A DNA stretch of 63,153 bases, the filler included, from Hyphochytrium catenoides (lineage: Eukaryota > Protista > Hyphochytriomycota): assembly GCA_900088475.1 (NCBI GenBank). It is 9 parts of 9 records of this genome, joined end to end, with 100 filler letters (N's around TTAATTAATTAA, not from the genome) between each part and the next. Parts side by side here need not be neighbours in the genome. Positions count along the whole stretch, not along the records: positions 17,446 to 43,295 come from FLMG01003276.1; positions 43,396 to 45,548 come from FLMG01000817.1; positions 45,649 to 50,816 come from FLMG01004207.1; 6 more parts are not named here. The stretch is one strand, 5' to 3'. A program made the position numbers and the translations under genes. The notes beneath the pieces are model-generated. The model had not been told where the DNA came from and made no database searches. It worked only from the letters and a program-made list of their open reading frames with translations. This document shows positions 37,601 to 50,771 of the stretch, one piece after another (the stretch's first letter is position 1; each line of letters starts with the position of its first letter).

Positions 37601-39680
37601 GGAGAGGCAGGTCGTCAAACATCAGAGTAGACATACAAATTCTCGGTGACTGGAGAGACAATGGTTTCGAGCTCAGAGACAGACAGAAAAGAAGAGAGAA
37701 TTGACCGGTGAGGACAAGAGGTCGAAGAGTGCTGACGTGGTGGACAATAAGTTGAACAGTGAACAGCGAAGAGACAAAGTTTGGTCATGGAAAGGCTGCA
37801 CGCATGCTATTTTTCTCTCTTTCTGTGGTCTTTCCTCCTACTCTCTCTCTAGTGCTCTCTTCCGAGAAAGATGAGGCACCGCTTGGCTAATCCAATCGTC
37901 CGCAGTCTCTCCTTCCTTTCATCTTTTCATCTTTTAAAATCTCTCTCTCTCTTCACCCTTAAACCTTGCTCTCTCCTCCCCCTTTCTATCTTCCTCTACC
38001 GCTCCACACTTTTCTCTGTCCTCTTCTTCGACATATGTTTATACATAATTTTCCCCAATCAGCGTACCTCGAGGAACTCCCAGGAGTTGGTTAGAATGGC
38101 AGATACATAAAAGAGGGCCGCCAGCCAGGTCAGAACCAGTGAGAGAAAGAGAAGAAGGCGACGAGGAGTTACCTGCAGGAGAGAGAACAAAATGCGTCTT
38201 TAGGGTTCAAATTGAAGAACCCATCTTCGGAGGCTCGACAGAAAGAAAGAGTGGGAGAGAGAGAAAGACAGGAAGAGAAAAAGGTAGACACATGCGCCAC
38301 AGAACAGGAGAAGCAGTGACCTGCTTCGTGAGTGAAAGGAGGCATACAGGGGTTACATTGGCGAGGAAAAGAAAAGAGAGAGAGAGAGAGTGAAGAAATT
38401 CTGTCTTACCGTCCTGTCCTCCAGCCATCTAGCTCCTCTTCTCTTCCACTCTCTCTCTCTTTCTATCAAAGTTGCTACCGCAGGAATAAGGGCCGCAGAG
38501 TAAAGACTAAGGTAGCATGCGCCAGCCAGGGAGACAGAAGAAAGTAAAACGAGCCCTGAAGGAAAGAAAGAACGCGTTTATCGTCGCGAGGGGGATAGAC
38601 AAAATGCACAGTAGGCAGAGACTCGTAAGCCTATTATAATCCAAGCTCTTACTCGGTTCTCTCTCTGTCTCGTCCCCTCTTTTCTTCTTCTCTCTCGCCT
38701 CCATATCTATCTACTCTTTCGCTTTTTGCTTGTCTCTCTGTCTGTCTGTCTCTCTCTCTCCTCCTCTCTTACCCCTCTCCTTCACTCAATCACTCTCCCT
38801 CTGCAGCAGAGACACACACTCTTCCTCTTCCTGTCTTAGTTCTCTTCTTTGTACTTTCTTGGCGCCTATCAATCTTCCCGTACGCCTTACCTTTATGGCC
38901 TAACAAGAGAGCGAGAGAGACAAGAAGATGCTGCACTCCAATGGTGGACATTGCAAGACAGGAGGCCACATTGTAAGGATGAAAGAGGTAAACCGAGAGA
39001 ACAAGGTCAGGCAGACTCTCTCTTCTCAGAAGAGGAGACAATGGAACACCTTCCTCTCCTTTCACACACTCTCTCTCTGTTTCTTCCTCTCTTCCCCAGT
39101 TAAGGGCGCAGACCTTGCGAAGAAGAAGCGCTATGGCAACGTCCAGGAGAGAGAAGAGAAGAAAAAGAAGGGGAAGACTGAGCTCTTCCTTGAGAGAGAG
39201 AAGAGGATAGAAAAGAGCGAGGAGCAATGGTGGCTGATGGTAGACGTCTCCGGCATAGGGCGATAGTCCACGTTGAGCGAGGAAGAAGCTTTCCTTCACT
39301 AAAGAGATAGAACCGGGAAAGTGAGCGAGAGAGGGAGAGAGAGAGAGTGACGAATGTAAGAGAGGGAGATTAGGAGAATTAGTAGGTAAAGGAGGATGTC
39401 GATGGAAAGTAGAGGAGAGGCAGACCAAGCGGGACCTTTGGCGAAGAGAAAGAGGAGGAACTGGTGCTGCACTAGCAATGGGAGAACGAATTAAACAGAT
39501 GGAGAAGGCTCCAGAAGGTATGAAAGCTAAATTGAAGACAGAGGGAAGAGGCTGAGGCAGTCAGGAAGGAAGAGGAAGGAGTGAGATAGAGAAATCGTGT
39601 ATGTGTGTTTCTAAGATAGGGAGAGAAAGCAAAAGGAGAGAGAAAGGAGGAGAGAGAGACACACAGAGAGAAAGAGAGAT

Positions 39681-39723
<43 letters not shown>

Positions 39724-39957
39724 AGACAGAGAAAAGGCAGTGCGTGAAGAGAGCGAAGCAACACCACTGCAGAAGAAGAGATGTAATAGCCGTAAGAGTG
39801 AGATCCCTGTGTGCTCTAAACTCTTACCTCTGTGAAAGGATGTTGTTGGGCTCGTCAGCTCTGGGCGCCAGGACAGGATACTGCTGGCGCCCGCTTGGAA
39901 GAGGTAGAGCCGTAGCAGCAGCCCTGCGGAGACAATTAACAACGTCCGACTGCCCAT
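36529..39957 (-). CDS. PIGU: GPI transamidase subunit PIG-U (Gab1/CDC91); exons 39957-39828, 39298-38891, 38555-38410, 38172-38068, 37526-37366, 37229-37105, 36821-36529
   Basis: RPELTSPTTSFHRVKE, GLSPYAGDVYHQPPLLL, YLFHPY, DLTPGVGAFWYFFTEVFDRFR, FGPYPT, LWLYPGSGNSNFYY. Splice phases are consistent. Confidence 0.93.
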
Positions 39958-40911
39958 ACCGCGTAGAGGCTGGTGGCCACAAAGCTTCTGATGAGGGCGG
40001 AAGTAAAGAAAGAAGGGTAGGGATAGAGAGGGCGCCAGATACGATTTTCTAACGCTTCGCCATGGAGATCGAGTGTAGATCTCCTGTCCTGGTTGAATCC
40101 GAGTAGCTGCGATTGAAAGAGTAGCTGCAAGCGCTACGGACGCCCTTCGACCCACAGCTAAGCGAGTGCCTCCCTACCACCTGCCTGCTTTATAATCCCT
40201 CCTGGAAGATCCGAAAACACTTCATAAATCTCTTGAAGAGGCGCGATAATCATCTGAAGCTTCCTCGAATCTCTGAATTGAAGATCCAAGAATCTGCAAA
40301 TCCAGAAATTCACGTCTGCGCCAGACTGTTTCGGTTGCAAGCAATTAAATGCGGAAACTACTTGTAATTTCGGTCTTCTGGGCTTTTACATGGCTGCTAA
40401 AAATATGAGTATCTCTCTATATCGATAATTTGTCATAAGATTCGGTATATGTGGCCTGAGGAGGCGTAGCCAGAAGCCTGAGAGAGAGAAAGACACAGAG
40501 AGAAAAGGAGAGAATGAAAGAAGGAGGTCGGACAGAGAGAGAAAGACACAGAGAGAAAAGAGAGAGAATGGAAGGAAGATGGGTGAGAGGAGAGAGAGAG
40601 AGATAAACAAAGAGAAGAGTTACCCTTGTGCTATCGGAAGTCCTATAATCTTTTAGCATCAACTATCTATCCTACGTGCCTTCGCTATCTGTACATAAAA
40701 GGAAGAGGATCCCTCCCTCGCTTGCGTCTCTCCGTCTGTGTGTCTCTCCGTCCGCATCCCAACCTTACTTCTGAGCTCGCAGGCTCTACGATTGCACCTT
40801 CTTTCCCTCTCTTAGATGTGACTACTCTTGTCCCAGCGAGCCTCACTTTTCTCCTCCTCTGCTTCCCGCTTCGCTCTTCTTCCTCTCTTTTTTTCCCTTT
40901 TCTTTCTCTTT

Positions 40912-41848
40912 TTAACAGCAACCCTTAGAAGCCGTGGTTGTGTCCTTCCCTGCCTCTAGGTTCACAGCCTTATTTGCTCCAGTCCCAGCTCCTCCGCCAG
41001 AGGCAGCGACTTGCTTTTGGATGTCCGCGGCGATAGACAAGAACGCCTGCTCCACATTGATGTTTCCTTTTGCACTAGAAGGAACAGAGAAAGGAGAAAG
41101 ACGTTCAGACACCAGCGGAAAGAGGAGAAAGACGGTGGAGAAAGTAAAAGTGTTGGGCGTATAAAGCACCACTCCGTCCTTTGAGAAAGCAAAAACGCTC
41201 TAAGAAAAGAGTATAGTCGATGAATATAGAGAACCAAAGTTTAATAGGAGGGGAGACGGCGAGAGACGAAGGAGAGAGAGAGAGAAAGAGAGAGACGACG
41301 ATCAAGTGGGAAAGAGTGCGAGAGAAAGAGAGAAGGGGCGGAAAAGAAAGAGGAGGAAAGAGCGTCGGAGAGAGAGATAACGATTATTAGAGAGAGAGTG
41401 TGCGGACCTGGCCTCAAAGAACTTGATGCCAAACTCGTCAGCCAAGGCTTTCCCCTGCTCGTATGTCACAGCCTAGAGGAGAAAAAGCTCACGGTCATCC
41501 TTCCTGGTCCTCTGCCATTCTTCTATTCACACTCTCTCCTTCATTCCTTGCATAACATCATCAGACGCCTCCTCTTTTTCTCTATCCTCAACCCTCCCCC
41601 TCTCATATTCTCCACATCTCTCTCTCTCTCTCGCTGCAGTTTTCTTTCGACTGTCTCTGTCTGGCTCCAACTACTCTCTGCCTCAAGTTTATACTGGGCA
41701 GCTCACCCTTTCGCTGGGATCCACATCGCATTTGTTCCCGACCAAGACCTTGCAAACGGTCTCCGATGCGTGCTGCTCAATCTGCCGCATCCAGTTCCGC
41801 ACATCTTCAAGGTCAAGAAAGGAACAACGGAATGGAAAAGAGAGAGAC

Positions 41849-41880
<32 letters not shown>

Positions 41881-42505
41881 CGGTGAGAAAGAGACAGAGA
41901 GAAACGAAGAAGAGGAGGGGAAGAGAGGAGGAGAAGGAAAGAGATAGAAAGAACGACAGACAGAAACAGGTAGCCCATAGGCAAAGAATGAGAAAGAAAG
42001 ATGAGATTGCACAATAGAAAGGAGAGGAAACCTGAGATGACAGTAGGAGAAGAGTGTGGGGAAGGAGAGAGAACAGAGTGAATAAACGGAAAGAGTCACC
42101 TGTGGGTAGGGGATTATGCTCTAACGGAAGATGTAGGAAGAAAGAGGCTTGTGGAGGAAAGAAAGAGAGAGAAATAGCGAGAAGGAGAGAGAGGGAAGAG
42201 GAGTTTGGTATCTCTTACTATGAAAGGAGTTCTCATCCGTCACATCATAAATCAGGAGGATCCCCATAGCGCCGCGGTAGTACGCTGCCCCGGTGAGGAT
42301 ATAGAGTCGTTCATTAGCATCCAGGAAGACCAAAATAGAGACAGATGGCAGAGAAAGAGAGCGGGAGAGGGACACACAGAGAGAGGGGAACAGAGAGAAA
42401 GAGAGAGAGAGAGAGAGAAAGCGAGAGAAAGGGAGAGGGAGAGAGAGGGGGGAGAGGGAGAGAGAGGGGGAGAGAGGGAGAGAGAGAAAAAGCGATAGAG
42501 AGAGA

Positions 42506-42537
<32 letters not shown>

Positions 42538-42997
42538 AGCGAGAGAAGGAGAGAGAGAGAGAGGGGGGGGGAGAGACGGAGAGAGAGAGAAAGCGAGAGA
42601 AAGGGAGAGGGAGAGAGAGGGGGAGAGAGAGAGAAAGAGAGAGAAGCGAGAGAAGGAGAGAGAGAGAGAGAGGGGGAGAGACGGAGAGAGAGAAAGAGTA
42701 GGCCAAGATGACGGTAACGGCAGGAACAAGCCACAGATAATAATCTGATACGGGAACAACGCGAAATAACGTGAACGGGCACGAACAAGGTATACAAGCT
42801 GAAGTTCGCAAGAGAGAGAAGAGAGAGACAAGCGAGAGAGAAAAGAACGTAAGAGAGAGCAAGAGAGAGAAAGGGGAAGAAGTAAGTGCCCGAGACCTGT
42901 AGTGATCGTGCGAAAGCGCTCTTGTCCCGCTGTGTCCCAGATCTGAAGCTTGATCTTCTTTCCTTCCGATTCTATTGTCTTTATCTTAAAGTCAATC
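40912..42997 (-). CDS. RAB8: Rab GTPase of the Rab8/RabE/Sec4 group, 5' exons lost in gap; exons 42997-42897, 42284-42219, 41804-41707, 41472-41408, 41074-40912
   Basis: [65 protein letters not shown] and a C-terminal CC prenylation motif. Confidence 0.93.
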
Positions 42998-44184
42998 CTA
43001 TGAGACAGATAGAAGTGTCCGTGAGGGAGAGAAAGAGAGAAAGAGAGAGGGAAGACACACAAGAGAGAAAGTGTGAGAGAGAGAGAGAGAGAGAAGACAA
43101 GATATGGCGACGGACGCACGGAAAATATCGTTGCAGAGAGGCAGAGTGGGAGCAAGAGAGAGAAAAGATAAAGAAATGACGTGCAGCTGCTGCGAAAAAC
43201 ACAAATAGATGAAGAGAAAGGTAAGCTCATGCTCAAAACTGAAGATCTAAGAGAAAGAGACACACCTAAAGACACCACAGAGAGAGAGAGAGAGANNNNN
43301 NNNNNNNNNNNNNNNNNNNNNNNNNNNNNNNNNNNNNNNTTAATTAATTAANNNNNNNNNNNNNNNNNNNNNNNNNNNNNNNNNNNNNNNNNNNNCACCG
43401 AATGAAGAGATTGGGCCCGCCTTGCAGAGAGAGAAAAGCAAGGGGGAGAGCAAAAGTGGGAAGACTCTCTCTCCAGCAACAGAAAGAGTGCAGGAATACA
43501 AGTTGACCAGGAGAGAGAAAGACACCGTAAGAGCAGAGAGAGAGCAAGAGACAGAGAGGGTACGCGCTTGACTAGGCCTCAGGAGGGGAGGAAAGCTGTC
43601 CCCGTGCGTTAAGAGAGATCCGCAGGGCCTGACGCTACGTCATCTCCTTGCTCCTTTCTACTTTCTCTCTCCCTCCCTCTCTCCTTGTCTCTCCTCAACC
43701 CTCCAGCGCCTTGGCTGTCTCTTGCTTCTCCTCTTCTTCGCTCCGTCGCGAACGTTTTCATGCGATCTCTCTACCTGACCTCTATTCACCCTTCGGATCA
43801 CCTCCCTCTGTTGCTTCTTTATGTAGGAATTGTGCTCTTTCACTCTTCGTCCCCCTCTCTCTCTCTCTCTCTCTCTCTNNNNNNNNNNNNNNNNNNNNNN
43901 NNNNNNNNNNNCCCTCCCTTTCCCTCTTTTTCTCTCTCTCCCTTTCTTTCTTCCTTTCTTCTCTCTCGTCTTTGCTCTCTCTCTGTCTCTCTATGTCCCT
44001 TCCCTCGGCTCGAACCGACACGCCACTCCTTCTGCAAGCTTTAGTTCAAGTACAAGTAAATCAAGTCCAAGTTACCAGTTGGACAACTAGTACTTGTGCT
44101 ATAATTACCCTTTATAAAGGTTATACCTACTTTGTACTGTAAAACGGTAGACTTAGGACAGTAGTGGACTTATAGATTTGGAGG

Positions 44185-44226
<42 letters not shown>

Positions 44227-44294
44227 AGAGGGGCAGCATAGACCAATGTGCTGCAGCAGCAGGGAAAGCCAAAGCAAGAGAGGGAGCGCGAGGG

Positions 44295-44355
<61 letters not shown>

Positions 44356-44380
44356 GAAGAGGAGCGTCAAGAGAGATCAT

Positions 44381-45548
44381 TTACTTATACTTCAGCTTCA
44401 TCACGTTCTCCTTCTTCCCTTTCCTGTCAGCTAGGAATCCCTCAAGGACATTGGCACTGTTCAATATTCTGATGGCACTACCTCCTCCTCGTTCTTCTCC
44501 CTCTCTCTCTACCTCTTCTCCCTTTGGCTCTGTGACCAGCTGCGCGCTATCAAAGTAGACAGTCGTCCCGCTGGGTAACAGGCCAAGACAGACGCCTCCT
44601 GCAGGCGGCATGTCCGTCATCTTCACCTCTAGCAGTCCAGGGCGGTAGATGATAATAGCAAACCTGCTGAAAGATGCTCGAACCGTGGGCCGCACCACTC
44701 TCTTCATGGTCAACATACTGCCAGAGGTCACCACGCCGTCCATAATGTGGTTGAGCACCCAGAAGACATTGAGCATCACCTTGTTCTCATCCTCTCCTGG
44801 CGCGGGCCTGATCATGGCAATAGGAAGGATAAGGTCCACGGGGCGGCCCAATTTGTCCAGCACTTCGCCTGCGCTTAGAGCATCCTTAGTCTTGACAGAG
44901 ATGTAGGTGCCCCGAAGTGACTCCTGCAGCATCACGGCCACGCCGACGCAGCAGCATACAGCCAACAAGCCTATCTCTACCTTAGACTTCAGCCAGTAAG
45001 GAAAGAGCTCCTCCGCAATGATGCAAACCCCTGACGCGCTGAGAATGAGCATCAGAGGGCTCACGGTGGCCCGAGCCCAACGTCTTAACCTAGATCTTAC
45101 TGCCACCCCGTGCATGTCAGGGTTAGCAGTCATCACACTGCCTACAGAGAGAGCAGCAATGAGCCAGATCAGCCATTGACTAGATGTGGTCTCTGCCATT
45201 GCTCCGCGGGTTATCAGGATGTACTGCTCTGCCACAATGACACCAGAGTCTAAACGCGCGATAGGGCGAATCATCCTCGCCAGAGTGACCATAGAAGGCA
45301 GACAGAGAGCTATCTTCTCTATTAAAGAGCACCGCGCCATCTGCCTCTCTGTGTAGTCCACGAACTCGATGAGCGGCCCATTGTAGAAGAGAAAGATCCT
45401 CTTGGCTGTCGGGCGGTCAAAGGTACTGAGCACTCGAGAGACGATCCTCACTCTGCTGACGATCTGCTTGATCAGACCTACAGTGTAGATGGCGTTGATG
45501 AGGATGCCGATGTAGATGATGCCATTCTCATAGCTTTGAAGGCCATTT
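44381..45548 (-). CDS. Hypothetical multi-pass membrane protein, intronless, 5' end in gap (>385 aa open)
   Basis: The frame is open from the contig edge to the stop at 44381. Sequence is non-repetitive with about 4 hydrophobic segments. No family recognised. Confidence 0.7.
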
Positions 45549-46425
45549 NNNNNNNNNNNNNNNNNNNNNNNNNNNNNNNNNNNNNNNNNNNNTTAATTAA
45601 TTAANNNNNNNNNNNNNNNNNNNNNNNNNNNNNNNNNNNNNNNNNNNNGCTGAATGTTCGTGGCTCTCTCTCTCTCTCCTCTCTCTGTCTCTGTCTCCTC
45701 TGTCTCGCACTCTCTGTTTTCTCTGTCTCTGTCTCTCACTCTCTGTTTCTCTGTCTCTTTCTCTTTCTCTCTGTCTCTGTCTCTCCGTCTCTCTCATTCT
45801 TTCACTCCCAGTTTGTTACTTGCTCCGCGCTGTAACTTTATTTCTATATTGCGGAAACGTTAGGATACATTATAGAGCTTAAGCGATAGAGGTATAACTT
45901 ATAGAGTTAAAAGGCTGCCTAGCGTAACTGCCATGTCGCTGGTTTATAACCTACAGATATTTATACGAATATTAAAGGTTGAGATTCAATGTTATACAGC
46001 CATTCAAGAGAGAGAGAAGGACTTGGAGAGACAGAGCATAGAGCGCAAGACAGAGTAGGACAAATCACCTAGAGCAGAAAGACAGAGCGATATGAGAGAA
46101 AAAGACTAGATTTAGGGAGACAGAGAAGAGAAGAGTCACAAGACAGAGTATGGTCCGCTGAAGAAGAGAGGGAGAGAGTGTGAGAGAGAGATTGAGAGAG
46201 ACAGCTAGATAGATAGAGAAGGAGAGAGAGAGAGAAAGGAAAGAGAGAGACAGCTCCTAATTGTCGACATCGGCTGTTGGTTTATAGCAGACAAGAGAGA
46301 GAGAGGAGAGAGAGAGAGAGAAAGAAGAGGAAGGGACACATGATTTCGACCCCGTCACCTCTTCTTTACACAGAGGGAGGAAACAGACAGGGAAACAGTT
46401 GGGATTTGAAGGAAAAAAAAAAGGC

Positions 46426-46473
<48 letters not shown>

Positions 46474-46812
46474 GAGAGAGAGAGAGAGAGAAAGAGTAGA
46501 GAAGAGAGAAGAAAGAGCCAACCCTCAAGACCTGTCTCTTGGTTGTTTGGCTTTCCTCCCACCCCAAGACAGAGAGTGGATGGGGGACACAGAACATAAA
46601 TGGATCTTGCACTTACATTCCTTCTTTCTCTCTCTCTCTCTCTCTCTCTCTCCTTCATGCATCATAAGATAGGGAAGGGGCCAAAGTACCGCATGATGGA
46701 AAGGAAGAACAGGAGGAGGAAAATTTATTACACCTTCCCTCATCCTTCAGGAATATTGTTCCATGAAGAGCGTGGATGTGGTCCGGAGGGTCGCTAATGC
46801 ACGTGATCTCTT

Positions 46813-46843
<31 letters not shown>

Positions 46844-47415
46844 TTTTCCTCTCTTGGTTGCTTCCTTTCCCTCTTTCTCGTTCCTCCGTCGAAGTACGCG
46901 TTCTTGCATAGTAAACGTACCACTTTCAAGAGGGACGAAGGGAGAGAGAGAGAGAGGAAGAGAGAGAGAGAACGAATGTGGGTTCTTCAGTTACTCCTTC
47001 TCTTCTCGTTCTTTGTCTTGGTGTCTGCGCTATGTCTGTCTTTGGGTTAGACGTCTATCTGTGTTTGGACATCTCTTTTACTCTGTCTCCCTCTTCTCCT
47101 CTCTGTCTTGCTGTGGTCGTTCGTCTTGTTTGTTTCCAGTCAGTGCAGCTGCGATGAGAGAAGAGAAGAGACAGAGTGAGAGAGAGAGAGAAGACGATGG
47201 GGATAGATTATGAGGAGAAAAAGAGAGAGAGAGAGAGAGAAAGGGTAAAGGAACTGCGCAGAAGCTGGAGAAGCAAACTTGCCCTTTGTCGTGTCTCTCT
47301 CGCTCTCTCTCTCTCTTTCCCTCTCTCTTCTGTTGTCTGGTTATCGTTAGCACAAGAAAGCCAAAGGAAGAGGCGGAAGAAAGAGCTGGGACAAGGAAAG
47401 AGGTAAACTAGAGAA

Positions 47416-47454
<39 letters not shown>

Positions 47455-47660
47455 TGGCTGATACACACAGAAGCGGGTGCTAAGAGATTACGGACGCCCG
47501 CATTGGCACTTCTCTCCCGGGCACTGTTTCTCTTCGTTCTTTGAATTCTCTCTTCTTCCGTGTTTTGGGGGCGTGCATCGGGCGAGGAAGGTGATAAACT
47601 TTTTTTGTGGGGTCCAAGGAGAGAGACTGGGGCAGGAGATTGAGAAGGGACGGGACGGAA

Positions 47661-47697
<37 letters not shown>

Positions 47698-48919
47698 CTT
47701 TTCCAGCTCTTTGTCCCTCTTTTTTCCTGCCTCCTGCTTTTGCCTGATTGACACGCAGCGCAGAGAGAGAGAGAGAGAAAGCGAGAGAGAGAGAGAAGGA
47801 CACGCACTGCTGCTGGGGACTGCATGCAGGTGTCCGGTGGGAGGAGGTGGTGGTGACTGTGCTCTCTCTCTTCTTTCTCCTTTTTGTCACTTTCGCTTTC
47901 TTTTTTGGGGCTCTCTTTTTTCCTCTCTTCCAGTCTTTTTGCCTTTTTCCCTATCTTCGCCTTTGTGGTTTGGCCCTCAGAGCCCTTGCAGCGATTTGTC
48001 ACCTGCTCTCAGAGAGAAAAGAAAGAAAGAGAGAAAGAGAGAGAGAGAGAAAAAGAGAGAGAGAGAGAGAGAGAGAGCATCAGTTGGCTCACAGTTCGCG
48101 ACGATAACCGTTTGCGCTCCGTCTTTACCCTTGGGTTCGACGCAGGGCTACGTCCGCGTCCACCAAACACCAAAATAGGAGAGAGAGAGGAAGCAGGTGT
48201 CTTCCTTATTCTCTCTCTCTCTCTCGTTTTAGCGCCTCCGTGGCTTTTTGCTGCTCTCCTTCTGGCCACGCAAAAGAGAGGCACCTGCTCTCTCTCGTCG
48301 TCAGCTCACAGGTGCAGAAGGGGCGCTCTCTCCCCTCATACGTTTTGCTTTCTTTCCTCCCACATTATCCACGTTTCTCTCTCCCGGTCTGGGGACTTTT
48401 CTCTCTCTCTCCGGCTCTGCTGGAAGACGGCATTGTCTCCCGTTCTCCGGTACCTTCCTCTCTCTCTCCTACGGGGACCATTCAGGGTTTTTGCGGTCAG
48501 CCTACCTACGGACGTTTTGACGAGAGAGAGAGAGAAAGAGAAGAGAGAGAGAAAGAGTGAGAGAGACAATTTTTAGCGAATGAATGAGAGAGCCTTTTGA
48601 TGCCCAGAACTGTTTGTTGCCCTGCTTGGTCTCTATGATGGTCTCTCTGAGACATCGAAGAGCCTAGCACTGCGTCTACATAGTAGAAAGAGAGAAAGAG
48701 AAGACACATTTTCAGCGGACCAGTCTTTCTCTCTCTCTCTTAAGTTAACTCTCTCTCTCTTGAGAACAACGGCAGGAAGGAGAAGAAAGAGAAGGACGGA
48801 GACAGAGGAAGGGGCCTTAACGGTCAGAATGACGCGGACAAAAGCTCAAAGAAGGGAGAAGGACAAGAGCTAACATTGGGAAGGGAAGAGAGAGAGAGAG
48901 AAAGAGAGGGAGAGAGATC

Positions 48920-50434
48920 ATGCAGACTCAGCGCTCGCTAATGGGGACAAACAGTGCCAAAGGCAACGAGGAAGACGCGGCTGCAGGAGGAAAGACTCAT
49001 TCTTCTTCTCGCTCTCTGGTGGCTGGAGGAGAGGCTAAGCAGGAGAGAGAAGGCTTGAGAGAGCCCCTGCCAATGTTTCCCGGAGGAGAAAGCCAAGAAG
49101 AGGAAGAGAGACGCATGTCCTTCCATCATAGATCATCGTCTTCTCGTCTTCCCTCTTCTGCCTCGTCTCCTTCTCTCTGGAAGGAAAGTCACCCAGGGTA
49201 CTATGCAGGAGATAGAGGAGGATGGTCAAGAGAAGAAGAGAGAGAGAGAATTGCTCAATTGTCCTCTTCTTCTCTTCATCACTCTTCTCTCTCTCCGTTT
49301 CTTCGGCAGCCAGGGGCTGGCTCTTCTCATGCTCATGATCTCTCTCTCTACATGGCGCCGCCTTCAAGCAGAAGACTTGACAGCTTTCCTCTCCAAGGAA
49401 GAGGAGTCATATCCGGAGGGAGAGAGAGGGCGTGGTCGGCAGGAGAAGGAGCAAGAGAGACAAGAGCCGCTCGTCCTCCCTCTCTCTCTTCAGCGGGGAA
49501 GAGAGAGAGAAGCCGAGAGAGAAATGAATACTCTCTCTACCACGCTTCTCTCCCATCCCATACCTCCAGCACCCAGTCTTTCCCTAGTGCTGTCGCTGGG
49601 AGAGGCGAAGAGAGAGAGAGAGAGAGAAGCCACGCAGAGGATCGTGCCGACTCTTCAACAGGAGGCGGAGGAGGAGGAGAAGGCGGGAGAAAGCCGAAGA
49701 GAAAGAAACAGAAATGCAAGGTGCCTTGGTGTCAGAAGTACGTCCAGCAGGGCGGCGCCTGTATAACACACGGCGCGAAGAAGAGACTCTGCACCTTCGA
49801 AGGCTGCTTAAAAAAAGCTGTCCAAGGCGGCGTCTGCGTGGGCCACGGCGCGAAGGTAAAGAACTGCATTATCCCTGGCTGTACCAAGCGCTCGGTACGA
49901 GGCGGCATCTGCATCGCGCACGGGGCGAAGGTCAATCGGTGCTCAGAGTTTGGCTGTGAGGCGCCTGCGAGAAAGGGAAGAGGCCTCTGTTCGGCTCATG
50001 GAGCTTCCGTACAGACGCCGCGATGCGAGAGCGAGGATTGTCGGCGCTTCGCCAAGATAGGAAACCTTTGCATCAAGCACGCGAGAGCTGGAGCTGGAGC
50101 TGGAGGAGGAGGAAGCGGACAGACGAGCGAGGCGCCTTCTCTCTCTTCGTCTCTCTCCTCGTCTCTCTCCTCGTCGCTCTCTTCTTCGCTCTCCTCGTCT
50201 CTCTCCTCATCTCTCTCTTCCTCTCTCTCGTCTTCAATTACGTCTGTTACGGCGACGTTGACCTCTACGGAGTCAGGAAGATCCTCTTCGTCGCTAGTTG
50301 GACAGAAAGCAAGGAGCGGACAACGAGGAAGAGAAGTAGCATTAGATGACGAAAGGAAAGAGGAAGAGGAGACAGGAAGCTCTTCTCTCTCTTCCTCAGA
50401 CGGGGAGACTTATGACGAAGAAGAGAAGGACTAA
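48920..50434 (+). CDS. Zinc-finger repeat protein (CxxxGCxKx(4-5)GxCxxHG repeats, 'WRKY19-like' type), probable transcription regulator
   Basis: 504-aa ORF with a basic NLS-like RKPKRKKQK followed by five Cx4Cx10-11CxxH units at ~49715-50080. The flanks are low-complexity. Confidence 0.85.
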   Translation: MQTQRSLMGTNSAKGNEEDAAAGGKTHSSSRSLVAGGEAKQEREGLREPLPMFPGGESQEEEERRMSFHHRSSSSRLPSSASSPSLWKESHPGYYAGDRGGWSREEERERIAQLSSSSLHHSSLSPFLRQPGAGSSHAHDLSLYMAPPSSRRLDSFPLQGRGVISGGRERAWSAGEGARETRAARPPSLSSAGKRERSRERNEYSLYHASLPSHTSSTQSFPSAVAGRGEERERERSHAEDRADSSTGGGGGGEGGRKPKRKKQKCKVPWCQKYVQQGGACITHGAKKRLCTFEGCLKKAVQGGVCVGHGAKVKNCIIPGCTKRSVRGGICIAHGAKVNRCSEFGCEAPARKGRGLCSAHGASVQTPRCESEDCRRFAKIGNLCIKHARAGAGAGGGGSGQTSEAPSLSSSLSSSLSSSLSSSLSSSLSSSLSSSLSSSITSVTATLTSTESGRSSSSLVGQKARSGQRGREVALDDERKEEEETGSSSLSSSDGETYDEEEKD

Positions 50435-50738
50435 CAAGCCAGAGATCACTTGCCATTGTTTTTTCTAGAAAAAGGAAAGAGCGTCACGCTCACGAACTTT
50501 ATTTTTACAAAGAGACGGGCTTCTCAACCCTGAAGACCAGAAGAGAAAGAGTCCATTGACGTTAGGAAGCAAAGCATTGTTTTGCGGCAGAAAGAGAGAC
50601 AGAGTGGATGCTTTTCAAGAGAAGACAAACTGACTCTCGTGGGAAAGAGAGGAAGACTCGGATGCACGAACTTCTCTCTCTCTCTCTCCTCTTTGCGCTC
50701 TCTCTTATGGTGCGCAGGGCGGAAAGAAGGAACACGAA

Positions 50739-50771
<33 letters not shown>

